Origin: an uncultured delta proteobacterium
GTDB lineage: Bacteria > Myxococcota_A > Polyangia > Polyangiales > Polyangiaceae
Assembly: GCA_963806225.1 (NCBI GenBank)
Contig: CAWDXG010000004.1
Span: forward strand, 5,216,001-5,280,000
Direction of reading: 5' to 3'
Length of the DNA stretch: 64,000 nucleotides
Part shown: positions 9,251 to 20,197 of the stretch, piece after piece
How positions within the stretch are numbered: the stretch's first letter is position 1
Layout of the letters: each line of letters starts with the position of its first letter
The notes under the pieces: generated by a model
Database searches by the model: none
What the model was told of the DNA's origin: nothing
Seen by the model: the letters and a program-made list of their open reading frames with translations, nothing else
Position numbers and translations under genes: made by a program

Positions 9251-9553
9251 TTGGCGCGCTTCGACTTTCCGGCCGCGCCGCCGTCAGTCTGTCTTCGGGT
9301 CCTTTGGCGGAAGGGGGGCCACAGGGTGGTCGGGATCGTTTTCGATAACGGCTCCGGTGTGGCGGGCGAGTACGCCCATGGCGACCGCAATAATCCGGTT
9401 TTCGGCCCGCCAGTCGGTCTCCCGCTCCGACTGGCGCGCGCGGAGCTCGAGCCAGATCTCGCCTCCCAGCTGCCGGATGGTCCGGCGTCCCTTCGGCTTC
9501 GTCATGTTTTCCCCGACCAGCATTCGACTGTCAGCTTCAGCGCACTCTCCTGA
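9251..9553 (+). CDS. Hypothetical protein or gene fragment
   Basis: ORF with plausible composition but a TTG start and no recognisable motif. Confidence 0.3.
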   Translation: MARFDFPAAPPSVCLRVLWRKGGHRVVGIVFDNGSGVAGEYAHGDRNNPVFGPPVGLPLRLARAELEPDLASQLPDGPASLRLRHVFPDQHSTVSFSALS

Positions 9554-9691
9554 GACAGGACTCCAACTCTTCATTGAACACCATTCCCAGCGCCAGCGCA
9601 TCACCCCCAGGGGTGAAGGGCAGGCGGATTCCCCGCGGCACTCGCCTGCCCCTCGGTTGCTGCGCCCGGTTCTGGCCGGTAGCGTCTTTTC

Positions 9692-10090
9692 ATGGCCCGC
9701 ACGTTTCCGTCGCGCACGCTCGCGATCTCAATCGACCGGCCGCCCGACGAGGTCTACAGCTTCATCTCCAATCCGGTGAACCTGCCGCGCTGGTCGTTTG
9801 TAGAGTCGGTATCCCGCGAGGGCGATAGCTGGGTCGCCTGCTCCGAGGACGGCTCGTTCGGGCTTCGGTTCGCGTCCGACAATCCGTTCGGCGTGCTCGA
9901 TCATTTCGTGCAGCTCGCCCCTACGGTCGAGCTCCACGTTCCGATGCGCGTCATTCCCAATGGTGAGGGCAGTGAAGTGCTCTTCACGCTGCTGCAGACC
10001 GAGGCCACCAGCGAAGAGGCCTTCGAGCGCGACGTGCGGACCGTGCAACGCGATCTCGAACGGCTGAAACGGGTGCTCGAGGCAGAGTAG
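9692..10090 (+). CDS. SRPBCC (polyketide cyclase/dehydrase-like) family protein
   Basis: ISIDRPPDEVYSFISNPVNLPRW...GVLDH...VPMRVIPNGEGSEVLFTL. Confidence 0.85.
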   Translation: MARTFPSRTLAISIDRPPDEVYSFISNPVNLPRWSFVESVSREGDSWVACSEDGSFGLRFASDNPFGVLDHFVQLAPTVELHVPMRVIPNGEGSEVLFTLLQTEATSEEAFERDVRTVQRDLERLKRVLEAE

Positions 10091-10100
10091 ACCTGAGGAT

Positions 10101-10700
10101 TCAGTCGACGAGCTTCTCGGCCTGCTGCATACCGCCGAGCAGGCTCGCCGGATCGTGCTCGTTGTAGAAGAACTGGAAGCGGGTGCGGGGGGCCTTGACG
10201 GCCCGGGCGATCTCCCCGCCCGGCGTGAGGAAGTAGGTGCGCGGGATGTAGCTGCCGTCGAGGGCGTAGCGCGACGCCACGGCCGGCTCGCGGTCGGTGT
10301 CGATGCGGACCATCACGAATTTCTTCGCCTCGGCGACCACGCGTGGATCCTCGAATACGTGGCTGTAGTTCTTGCAGTGCGGGCACCAGGTGGCGAAGAA
10401 CACCAGGCACACCGGCTTGTGCTGCGTCTTCGCGAGGGCGATGCCCTGTTCGTAGTCGAGCCAGTGGATCTGCGCGGCGTTCCAGTTCTCCGCGCGCGCC
10501 GCCTTCGGCGTCGGAGCCACGACGCGGGCTGCTGCCGCCGGTGCAGCGCCCCGTGCTCTAGCGGCAGGGGGATCCGGTGGCGCTGCCGGCTTTTCGTGAT
10601 TGCGTCCGCCATCCGTCGGCCCCGCCTTGCAGCCAGTCGCCGCCGCCAGGGCTAGCGCTGTCATTGCGGTCACGACCGCGGAAAGCCGGAGCGTCGTCAT
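10101..10700 (-). CDS. Thioredoxin-family lipoprotein
   Basis: KPVCLVFFATWCPHCK and YIPRTYF; lipobox-like ATGC; start taken at MTTLRL. Confidence 0.85.
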   Translation of the reverse strand: MTTLRLSAVVTAMTALALAAATGCKAGPTDGGRNHEKPAAPPDPPAARARGAAPAAAARVVAPTPKAARAENWNAAQIHWLDYEQGIALAKTQHKPVCLVFFATWCPHCKNYSHVFEDPRVVAEAKKFVMVRIDTDREPAVASRYALDGSYIPRTYFLTPGGEIARAVKAPRTRFQFFYNEHDPASLLGGMQQAEKLVD

Positions 10701-10839
10701 CCGCGGGAGCATAGCCGACGATCGCCGAAGCGCCCACGAGGGCCCGCCGTTGCGAGCCGGATTGCTTCGACGCCCATGCGGGTTGCCGAAACGCGAGTCG
10801 CGTTCCAGACCCCTAGGCGACGTGATAGCGTCCAGCGCC

Positions 10840-11328
10840 ATGTTGGACCGGACCCAGGCGCAACAAGGCGGATTTGGACCAGGCGGGCCTCCTCCACACG
10901 GACCGCCACCCGGTGGCTATGGACCGCCCGGGGCGCCTGGCGGATATGGGCCGCCCGGCGGCGCACCGCCCGGCATGGTGCCGCCCGGTATGCCTCCCGG
11001 CGCGGGCGGCCCGCCTCCCGCGAAGAAGAGCCCGGGGCTCAAATACGCGCTCGTCGGCTGCGGCTGTCTCTTGCTGATCGCTACCGGCGCCCTGCTCTTC
11101 ACGTTGGCGACGGGGGGCGTTGCCACGTACTTCGCGAAGAAAGCCGCAACCCCCGGCGGCCCCGACTGCGCGGCTGCCGCAGCATGCTGCGAGAAGATCC
11201 TTGCGAAGAGCGGCACCGCCGACAGGACAGCCTGCACCCAGCTCAAGTCCGCCCCCGCGATCGCATGCGCGCAGTCGCTCAAGGTGTACAAGCGGTCGGC
11301 AGCGTCGCTGGGTATCACCTGTCCGTAG
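10840..11328 (+). CDS. Pro/Gly-rich membrane protein with C-terminal Cys-rich helical domain
   Basis: PPGGYG repeats, a TM segment, then C-x5-CC...C...C...C. Confidence 0.65.
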   Translation: MLDRTQAQQGGFGPGGPPPHGPPPGGYGPPGAPGGYGPPGGAPPGMVPPGMPPGAGGPPPAKKSPGLKYALVGCGCLLLIATGALLFTLATGGVATYFAKKAATPGGPDCAAAAACCEKILAKSGTADRTACTQLKSAPAIACAQSLKVYKRSAASLGITCP

Positions 11329-11439
11329 GCGAATGCCCGCGGCACCCGGGGCGCCCGAACGGCTCCGGGGCCGCCGGCGATGTACGCCGGGGCCCCGGTG
11401 GAAGTAACGAGTAGCGGCTCGGCGAGCCGCGAGGCGGGT

Positions 11440-12162
11440 CTACTGGCCGCGCCAGTCGACGTTGCCGAGCCCGGGCTGGGTCGGCCGCATGATCTTGACG
11501 TACTTGTGGTTGGTCGCGGCGTGGCAGACGTTGCAGCCGTCGATCGTCAAGTCGTACGCAGCCTCGAAATCGGCCAGCGTCTTGGTGCCCGCCTGTGCGG
11601 CCTTCGCGACCTCGTCCAACGAGCCGGACGCTGTCGTCAGGTAGGTCGACTCGAAGGTCTTGAGCAGCGCAGCGTTGCCCGGGCGGGTCGTCTCGAAGAC
11701 TTCCTGGATCTCGGGCATCTCCTTGATCTGGTAGAGGACCATGCCCCAGTTCGGTGTCGGCGTTCCGCTGGGCGTGCCGTCGGACGTCGCATGGGCCGCA
11801 TACCAGACATCGTTCATGCGGTTCGCGTACTCGATCATGACCGTCCCGCCGCCAGGCTGGATCTTCCACAGATCGAGATTCGAGTTGTTGGCTCCGCCGT
11901 CCGGCGCCTGGAACAGATCCTCGACCTGGCTCATCGTGACGCCGCCGTCGACACCTGGTCCGGCAGGGCCCTGGGGGCCGGCGGGTCCCGCAGGTCCGGA
12001 GGGCCCCTGCGGCCCTGCAGCTCCGGCAGGTCCGGCGGGCCCTTCGGGTCCGGCCGTACCTTCGGGTCCGGTCGTACCGCTGTTTCCCGCGGAGCCCTTG
12101 CAGGCGCCCAGCACTGTCGCGCCGATCAGCGTCGCGATCGCAAGCCAATATCCATTTCTCAT
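11440..12162 (-). CDS. Lipoprotein with collagen-like Gly-X-Y repeat and C-terminal CxxCH heme motif (cytochrome c'-like)
   Basis: Lipobox LGAC; about 15 Gly-X-Y triplets; GCNVCH near the C-terminus. Confidence 0.8.
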   Translation of the reverse strand: MRNGYWLAIATLIGATVLGACKGSAGNSGTTGPEGTAGPEGPAGPAGAAGPQGPSGPAGPAGPQGPAGPGVDGGVTMSQVEDLFQAPDGGANNSNLDLWKIQPGGGTVMIEYANRMNDVWYAAHATSDGTPSGTPTPNWGMVLYQIKEMPEIQEVFETTRPGNAALLKTFESTYLTTASGSLDEVAKAAQAGTKTLADFEAAYDLTIDGCNVCHAATNHKYVKIMRPTQPGLGNVDWRGQ

Positions 12163-12222
12163 CCTGTACCAGCCTTTCGTCTGTGCCCGGCGACCCAGCC
12201 GCCCCGGGCTGGCACTCCTTCC

Positions 12223-12237
12223 GCAAGGCGCGTGCCA
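12223..12237 (-). promoter_or_regulatory. Sigma-54 -24/-12 promoter for the collagen-cytochrome gene
   Basis: Minus strand reads TGGCACGCGCCTTGC, an exact match to TGGCAC-N5-TTGC, 60 bp upstream of the ATG. Confidence 0.85.
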
Positions 12238-12364
12238 GCGCGCGGGGACCGCGAACGGGCACGATTGCCGTCGCGGCGCCCTGCGCTGCGCCGGATTCCC
12301 GGCGGCGTGCTGCCGGCGACGAGTGCGCTCAGCGACGAATGGCGCACGGATCGGCGACCCGCGA

Positions 12365-12388
12365 CGCGTGCCGGGATCCCGGCACGCG
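12365..12388. promoter_or_regulatory. Perfect 24-bp palindrome, candidate enhancer site or terminator
   Basis: cgcgtgccggga|tcccggcacgcg. Related GCCGG(g)AT sites lie near 12290 and 12391. Confidence 0.5.
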
Positions 12389-12402
12389 ATGCCGGGATCG
12401 CG

Positions 12403-13776
<1,374 letters not shown>

Positions 13777-13780
<4 letters not shown>

Positions 13781-15141
13781 GGCGCGGCCCTCCCCGCGGC
13801 GGCGCGCGGCAGGGTCATGCTGACGCGCGTCCCGCGTCCGGGCTCGCTCTCCAGCGTCATCTCGCCTCCGTGCTCTTCCACGACGCGCCGGCTGATTGCA
13901 AGTCCCAGGCCGGTCCCCTCGCCGACTGGCTTCGTCGTGAAGAACGGGTCGAAGACCTTCCGGGCCACGTCCGCGCGGATGCCGGGGCCCGTGTCCGTGA
14001 CCTCCACCACAATCGGGCCCGCCGTGCCGGGACCGGCCCGGGTCTTCACCGTGACGACGCCGCCCTCGCGGCAGGCGTCCAGGGCATTGTCCACCAGGTT
14101 GATCAGCGCTTCGCCGAAGCGCGCCGGATCGATCTCGACCTTGCCGATGTCGCCCAGATCCGTCTCCAGGCGGGCCTGCGAACGGCGGGTGGACGGCGAG
14201 GCGAGCTTGACCGTGTCCGCGACCAGCGCGTCGACATCGCACGGCAGGCGCGAGAGCGGCTCGTCGCGGCCCAGTGAAAGCAGCCGCCGCGTCATGATCT
14301 CGATGCGCTTGAGGGCGTCGGCCATCATCTCGAGATTTCCCTCGACCCGGTCGTCGCCCGCGAGCTTGTGCTGCAGGAGCTCCACCGAGCTGGAGAGCCC
14401 GTGCAACGGGTTGCGCACAGCGTGCGCGATGCCCGCGGAGAGCTCGCCGATGCGCGCCAGCTTCTCGCGGGACTGGGCCACGCGGTCGTGCTCGCGCCGG
14501 AGCGCCTCCGCGCGCTGGTAGCGCAGGGTCACCGAGCGGACGAAGTAGACGACCGCGCCCATCATCACGGCGAACGCCGTGAGATAGCCCGCAAGATACC
14601 GCCACGACCGGTAGAGCGGCGAGACGATGGTCGCGGGATGGCCGAACGCGGCGTGCAGTCCGTGATGCGGTAACAGCCCCGCGAACTGTCCGAACACCAC
14701 CAGTGCCTGGAAGGAGCAGCCGATCGCTGCCAGCGCGACCGCCGAGCGGGTCGTCAAGAGCATTGCGCCGATCGCCGCGGGCAGCGCGAACAGCATCGCG
14801 AAAGGATTCTCTGCGCCGCCGCTCAGCTCGAGCAGCAGCGCCAGCGCCGCCATGTCGCCCAGCAGCTGCTCGAACACCAGCCGCCGGAGCACCTCGACCG
14901 ACGCCGTCCCACGTCGGTCGAGGCGCACGCGCGAGAAGACGTTCCAGGCCGCGAGCGCCGCTCCCACCGACGCCAAGAGCAGCGGCTCCACGAAACGGGT
15001 CGCCCATGCCGCCGCCGCCGCCGCCAGCACGCCGCCCACCGCGAACCAGCGCATCTGCACAAGCCAGGTCGCGCGCTCGAGCAGATACTCCTTCTCGGTG
15101 TCCTCGTCCCCCGCGCCGGGACGCGTGGCTTCAACCAGCAT
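13777..15141 (-). CDS. Membrane sensor histidine kinase
   Basis: Several TM segments; H-box AHAVRNPL; NLVDNA, DTGPGI, FDPFFTTK and GTGLGL. Confidence 0.95.
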
Positions 15142-15332
15142 CTACCGCAATCGTTCCGCCGGAAGGATAGGACGGCAACCACGGGGATGACCGGCGTCAC
15201 GTGGTGCGCAGCGCCCGTGTCCGGCGAAGGTCGCGGCGCGGCAGAGCGTCCGGCATCGGGTCGGCGCCCGGGAGCCCGATCGGTTGCCAGGACCGGCCGG
15301 CGATGCATGTTGAAGGACCGCAGCGCGCTTCA

Positions 15333-15539
15333 CGGGTTAACAGCGCGACGAGCCAGTTCTTCGTCGTCAACAACAAGAACGGCTCTCGCAGCCTCGATGG
15401 CCAGTACGCCGCGTTTGGTCACATCATCGCGGGGACGGACGTGCTCGACGCCATCAGCTAGGTTGCGACGCAGAGCGTGAGCGGCTTCGACGACGTGCGG
15501 GTAACGGACGTGGTGATCGATTCCGCCAAGCGCCGATAG
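15333..15539 (+). pseudogene. Cyclophilin (PPIase) C-terminal remnant with internal stop
   Basis: NSATSQFFVV...LDGQYAAFGHIIAGTDVLDAIS*VAT...DVVIDSA; TAG at 15459-15461; no N-terminal half. Confidence 0.75.
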
Positions 15540-15548
15540 CGCCGCGCT

Positions 15549-16625
15549 CTACGACCAGATCTCCGCCGTCTGCGGGCCGCCGCCGGCGACGAGCACGCGG
15601 CCGTCCCCGAGTCGTGTCGCGGTGTGCCCCGCGCGGGGGGTCAGCGACCGGGCGACCTGGAACGTTCGCGCGCGCGGGTCGAAGAGCTCGGCTTCGCTCC
15701 ACGGCGGGGACGTGGCGTCAAGCGTGCCGCCGGTTCCGCCGACGATCAGGACGCCACCGTCGACAAGCGCGGTCGCGGTGTGGCTGGTGCGGGCGCGCTG
15801 CATTGGTCCGACCTCGATCCATGCTCCGGTTTCCGGTTGGTACAACTCGGCGGACGCGTGGATGGCGGGCTCGTCGCCGTAGCCGCCGACAGCGAGCACG
15901 GAGCCGTCCCCGAGCCGGGTCAGGGTGTGCTCGGCACGTGCGTGGTGGAGCGGTGCTGCATCGGTCCAGGTATCGGTGCGCGAATCGTAGAGGGCGGCCG
16001 AGGAGAGCGCAAAGAGCGCGCGGTCGGCCGTCTCGCCCAGTCCGCCCGCGACGAGCACGCGGCCGTCGCCGAGAAGCTCGGCGGCGTGGAGGTAGCGCGG
16101 GCCCGGAAGATCGGCGCGGGCGCGCCACGCGGCGTCGACGGGCTCCCAGGTCAGCGCGCTCGCCGACAGCCGCTCGGTTCCCAGGCCGCCGGCAAGGAGC
16201 ACCTCCCCGGAGGCGAGCAGCGTCGTGCTCGGCGCGATCAAACCCGGCACCGCCGGCAGCCTGGACCAGGCGCCGGTCGCGACATCGAAGCGTTCCACCG
16301 AGCCGGGGGTGCGCAGACATCCGCCGCCGGAGAAGAAGCCGCCGCACACGAGGACCCCACCGACAACAGCCGCGGCGCCGTGCGCCTCGCGCGGCACGCG
16401 CATCGGCGCGACGAGCGTGCTTGAACGCGCGCTGGGGTCGACGACCTCGGCGCTCTGGAGCGAGCACGGGTCGTCGAAGTCGCAGAAAGCGGCGCGCTCG
16501 GGCGTGATGGGTTTCGAGCCGCCCGCGACGAGCACGCGGCCGTCGTCGAGCAGCGTCGCCGTGTGCCCGCTGCGCGGGAAACAAAGCGGGATCGACGTGG
16601 AGCCTCGCGTCACGAGCGGCCTCAA
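15549..16625 (-). CDS. Kelch-repeat beta-propeller protein
   Basis: Repeated RxxHTATLLxDGRVLVAGG units. Confidence 0.9.
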   Translation of the reverse strand: MRPLVTRGSTSIPLCFPRSGHTATLLDDGRVLVAGGSKPITPERAAFCDFDDPCSLQSAEVVDPSARSSTLVAPMRVPREAHGAAAVVGGVLVCGGFFSGGGCLRTPGSVERFDVATGAWSRLPAVPGLIAPSTTLLASGEVLLAGGLGTERLSASALTWEPVDAAWRARADLPGPRYLHAAELLGDGRVLVAGGLGETADRALFALSSAALYDSRTDTWTDAAPLHHARAEHTLTRLGDGSVLAVGGYGDEPAIHASAELYQPETGAWIEVGPMQRARTSHTATALVDGGVLIVGGTGGTLDATSPPWSEAELFDPRARTFQVARSLTPRAGHTATRLGDGRVLVAGGGPQTAEIWS

Positions 16626-16630
16626 ACGCC

Positions 16631-17368
16631 CTACTTCTTCTTGCCCTCGTGCTTGCCGGCGTTCGACTTGTCATGTTCGTGGGCGTCGTCTTTGCCGTGC
16701 GCTTTGTCCGTTCCGTGCACCTTGTCTGTCTGGTGCGGGCCCTTCAGTCCCGGGCCGAGATTCTTGCAGTGGCCGCCGGGGCAGGTGACGTGGCAGGTGG
16801 CGCCGGCCGCGCACTGGGTCTTGCAGTCGCCGCCCTGGCACGTGACGTTGCACGTCGAGCCCTTCACACAGGTCGTCTTGCAGTGGCCGCCCTGGCAGGT
16901 GACGTTGCAGGTAGCGCCGGACGCGCACTGGGTGCGGCAGTTGCCGCCCGCACAGCCGAGCGTGCAGCTCGTGTCCTTGTCGCACTTCATGTCGCAGTTG
17001 CCGCCCGCGCACTGCTCGTTGCAGGTCCCGCCGGCCTTGCACGACAGCTTGCAGTGTCCCGCCGAGCAGCCCGCCGAGGCGCTCACCGACGCCGAGCCCG
17101 ATGCGCTGCCGCTTCCCGCGGCGACGCTGCCACTCGAGCCAGGATTGCCGGCGCTCCCCGCGTTGTCGCCGCTTTCGCCGTTCGACAGCGCGCCCGAACT
17201 GCTTGCCACCGCTTCGCCGCCTGACGACGACGAACCCGACGAGCTGGCGCCGGAGGACGCGCCGGAGCCGGGCTCCGCTTCCGGCATCGGCCCGCTGTGG
17301 GTCTTCACGGTGCAGCCCGACAGGGCGAAGAGGATCAGGCTGGCGGCGGACAAGTGTGCGATCTTCAT
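16631..17368 (-). CDS. Lipoprotein with 19-aa Cys repeats and His/Lys/Asp-rich tail
   Basis: MKIAHLSAASLILFALSGC lipobox; five repeats of CxGGxCxxxCxxGxxCxxx. Confidence 0.8.
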   Translation of the reverse strand: MKIAHLSAASLILFALSGCTVKTHSGPMPEAEPGSGASSGASSSGSSSSGGEAVASSSGALSNGESGDNAGSAGNPGSSGSVAAGSGSASGSASVSASAGCSAGHCKLSCKAGGTCNEQCAGGNCDMKCDKDTSCTLGCAGGNCRTQCASGATCNVTCQGGHCKTTCVKGSTCNVTCQGGDCKTQCAAGATCHVTCPGGHCKNLGPGLKGPHQTDKVHGTDKAHGKDDAHEHDKSNAGKHEGKKK

Positions 17369-17478
17369 GATGAAACCTCGCTGTCGATCAGGGCCTGTCG
17401 AAGCGCTCCAGTTGGGTACGTGGAGGGAGAGCTCCCAGATTCGCACCGCGCCCGCGGATGTAAAGGGAGTGCCGCCGC

Positions 17479-18315
17479 TCAGACGATCTTTACGAGCAGC
17501 CCGCCCGTGTCCTTCACCAGGTCCAGGCTCTGTGCGAGGCCTTTGACGATCAGCTTCAGGTGCAGGACCAGCTTCGGGTTGAGGATCTGCTTGGGCGCGC
17601 TGGCGACGAGGGCGGCGCCGGTAGAGACCGTCTGCTCGGTCTTCGAGACCAGCTGGGCACCGAGCGTCACGACCGACTTGTACAGCGCTGCGAGCTGCTC
17701 GGCCTGGTCGACGATCTCGGGCTTCTCCGACGAGGAGAGCTCGTCGAGCGCGCTCTGGACGCTGGCCCTGGGCAGCTTCTTCGTGCCGTTCTGCACGTTG
17801 CTGGGCGGGTCCTCGCCGGCAGCGGCGCTCTTGGCCAGGAGGATGTGCCGCCCCGTTTCCATGAGCTGGTACGCCGTCCCGTACATCTCGGCCGACGCGC
17901 GGAAGAAGTTGTCGTACTCGGGCATGCCGATCTGCACGTAGGTGAAGTCGTAGGCAGGGTCCGGCTGCATCGTCGCGACCTTGATGTAGTCGTACTTGAT
18001 GTTGCCTTCGAACGGCTTCAGCGAGGGGTCGAGCTGCCCCAGCCGGACCTTGCCGGGAGGCGGCACGTCGGTGAGCTTCTTGATCAGCTTGGCGGTGATC
18101 TCGCCGACGTCCTTGGCGAACTCGGAAAAATCCGTCCCCACTTCGCCCATGGCGTCCTCGAACTCGTCCCAGTTCTTGAAGTCGCGTTCGTGAACGGTCG
18201 TGTGACCGTTCTTGGTCATGGTCGTCACGACCTTGCCGTGGAGGCCGATCGCCTCGCAGGCGGCGACGAGAGAAGACAACACACCCAGCCCCAGAACACC
18301 CCGACGTGTCAGCAT
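17479..18315 (-). CDS. Twin-arginine lipoprotein, unknown function
   Basis: MLTRRGVL twin-Arg motif plus VAAC lipobox; helical composition. Confidence 0.75.
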   Translation of the reverse strand: MLTRRGVLGLGVLSSLVAACEAIGLHGKVVTTMTKNGHTTVHERDFKNWDEFEDAMGEVGTDFSEFAKDVGEITAKLIKKLTDVPPPGKVRLGQLDPSLKPFEGNIKYDYIKVATMQPDPAYDFTYVQIGMPEYDNFFRASAEMYGTAYQLMETGRHILLAKSAAAGEDPPSNVQNGTKKLPRASVQSALDELSSSEKPEIVDQAEQLAALYKSVVTLGAQLVSKTEQTVSTGAALVASAPKQILNPKLVLHLKLIVKGLAQSLDLVKDTGGLLVKIV

Positions 18316-18455
18316 GGTGGCGACCCATAGCCGCGCTCGGCGCGGCTCTCGATGGCGGGCGACAGGTCCGCCACGTGTGCGGAAAACCCGTCCGCGGGAG
18401 ATGTAAGCCCTGGCTTCACCCGCCGTTGTACGGCGTGAAGGACGGAAAATTCCCG

Positions 18456-19103
18456 ATGCACAGATACCTACTTCTGGGGGCGATGCTGCTCGTGCCGCTC
18501 GTGGCCGGCTGCGGCATGGCGATGGGGCAGGGTGCGATGAACACGAAGAACGCGGATGACGCCAAGGAGCTGGACGCTCCGCTCGCCGTAGGGGCGTCGA
18601 TCCAGCCCGACGTGCGCATGCAGCTCGCGGGCACGGCCTCGCCGACGCTGGTGCTGGTGTCGGCTCGCCCAACGGTCGTGACTGCCAACGGCGGGCGCCT
18701 GACGGGGCGTGCGCCGGGCGTGAGCGCCATCCTGGTGACAACGAAGGAAGGCCAGGTGCTCGACTTCTATCACCTGTGGGTGGAGCGGGCGTCGCGCGCG
18801 ACGCTGCACCGCCTGTACGACGACGGGCGCGACATGGGCGAGGTGCGTGGCGAGATGGACCTCATGGTGGGCGAATCGGTGGTGCTCACCCCCAGGGTCT
18901 ACTACCGCGCGCAGGAGCTGGCGGGGACGATCGAGGGACAGTGGTCGGTTGACCCGCCCGTTGCGAGCGTGCTCGGGCAAGGGATTGCCGAGCGCCGCCG
19001 TCTCGTTGCGACGGCGCCGGGCAAGGCAACACTCACCGTGAAGCTCGCGAACGTGGCGGTGAAGGTGCCGCTCACGGTGTTGCCCGCGGGAGGTGCGTCG
19101 TGA
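18456..19103 (+). CDS. Lipoprotein with beta-rich, possibly Ig-like domains
   Basis: MHRYLLLGAMLLVPLVAGC lipobox; GRAPG and TAPGKATLTV beta motifs. Confidence 0.7.
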   Translation: MHRYLLLGAMLLVPLVAGCGMAMGQGAMNTKNADDAKELDAPLAVGASIQPDVRMQLAGTASPTLVLVSARPTVVTANGGRLTGRAPGVSAILVTTKEGQVLDFYHLWVERASRATLHRLYDDGRDMGEVRGEMDLMVGESVVLTPRVYYRAQELAGTIEGQWSVDPPVASVLGQGIAERRRLVATAPGKATLTVKLANVAVKVPLTVLPAGGAS

Positions 19104-19468
19104 AGGCCAGGCTGATGTTGCTCGCCGCGATCGCCTGCAGCGCGTGCACGAGCTACCACGCGGTGACCCCGCCGCTGCCGGGCCGCTCGGCGTCACTCGA
19201 CAACGCGCACGACCAGCTCACCGTCTCCCAGGGCGTCGCGCTCGGCTTCGAGTGCGTCACCGCCTGGGGCAATCCGTGCACCGCCGGTCAGGCCACGATC
19301 GACGACCAGAAGGTGGCGAAGGTCTACTCCGCGCACCTGAACCATCTCGAGGGTTTCCTGAACGGCGTTCTGCCTCCGACGAGCTATGTAGTCGTGGGCG
19401 TGAACCCGGGGCGGACGACGCTGCACATCCCCGGCGAAAGCGCGCTCCGGGTGGTCGTGGTGCCGTAG
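19100..19468 (+). CDS. Small lipoprotein
   Basis: GTGA overlap with the upstream gene, GGAGG RBS, ACSAC lipobox-like motif. Confidence 0.7.
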   Translation: MKARLMLLAAIACSACTSYHAVTPPLPGRSASLDNAHDQLTVSQGVALGFECVTAWGNPCTAGQATIDDQKVAKVYSAHLNHLEGFLNGVLPPTSYVVVGVNPGRTTLHIPGESALRVVVVP

Positions 19469-19469
19469 C

Positions 19470-20078
19470 TCAGCGCTCGAGCCAGTTCTTCTTCACGCTC
19501 GGACGCTCGAGGATGCGCTCGGCCCAGGCGCGGATGCGCGGCGGTGGCGCGAGGCCGACCTCGTCGAGGAAGCGGACCAGCGGCGCGTAGCACACCTCTG
19601 CGAGCGAAAATGCGTCGCCCACGAGCCACGTGCTGTCGCCGAGCTGGCTGTCGAGGATCGTCAGGTGCTGGTTCACCTGCTTCCGCGCAGCCTCCATGGC
19701 TTCCGCGTTCCATCGCTCCTTTGGCAGAAAGCGAGCGGGGAAGATCAACGGTCGTGTCTGGCTGCCGAACTCGACGTCGCAGAGCTTCATGTGCATTGAC
19801 ACCAGCGCGCGGAGCTTCGGGTCGGCGGGCACCAGCGCGGGCTCGGGATGGATCGCTTCGAGGTACTCGAGGATGACCGTCGACTCGTACAGAAGGAAGC
19901 CGTCGTGTTCGAGCGTCGGCACGCGGTGGTACGGGTTCTTCTCGAGGTACTCCGGAGCGCGGTGCTCGCGCTTGAGGAAATCGAGACTGACGAGCTCGGC
20001 CTCGAGGCCCTTCTCGTCGAGCGCGATGCGCACGCGCTGGGAAAACGTGGAAAGCGGAGTGTAGTAGAGGCGCAGCAC
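19470..20078 (-). CDS. Glutathione S-transferase family protein
   Basis: STFSQRVRIAL, NPYHRVPTL, LYESTVILEYLE and WLVGDAFSLAE. Confidence 0.92.
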   Translation of the reverse strand: MLRLYYTPLSTFSQRVRIALDEKGLEAELVSLDFLKREHRAPEYLEKNPYHRVPTLEHDGFLLYESTVILEYLEAIHPEPALVPADPKLRALVSMHMKLCDVEFGSQTRPLIFPARFLPKERWNAEAMEAARKQVNQHLTILDSQLGDSTWLVGDAFSLAEVCYAPLVRFLDEVGLAPPPRIRAWAERILERPSVKKNWLER

Positions 20079-20197
20079 GCGCCTAGACTAACCACAAATC
20101 CGGCGCGCGCGTCACGGCGAGAAGCTCACGGCGAAGATGTCGCTGCCCCCCGCGTTCGCACTTTCCGCTAGTGACAACGTCATGACAGGATGATGAC

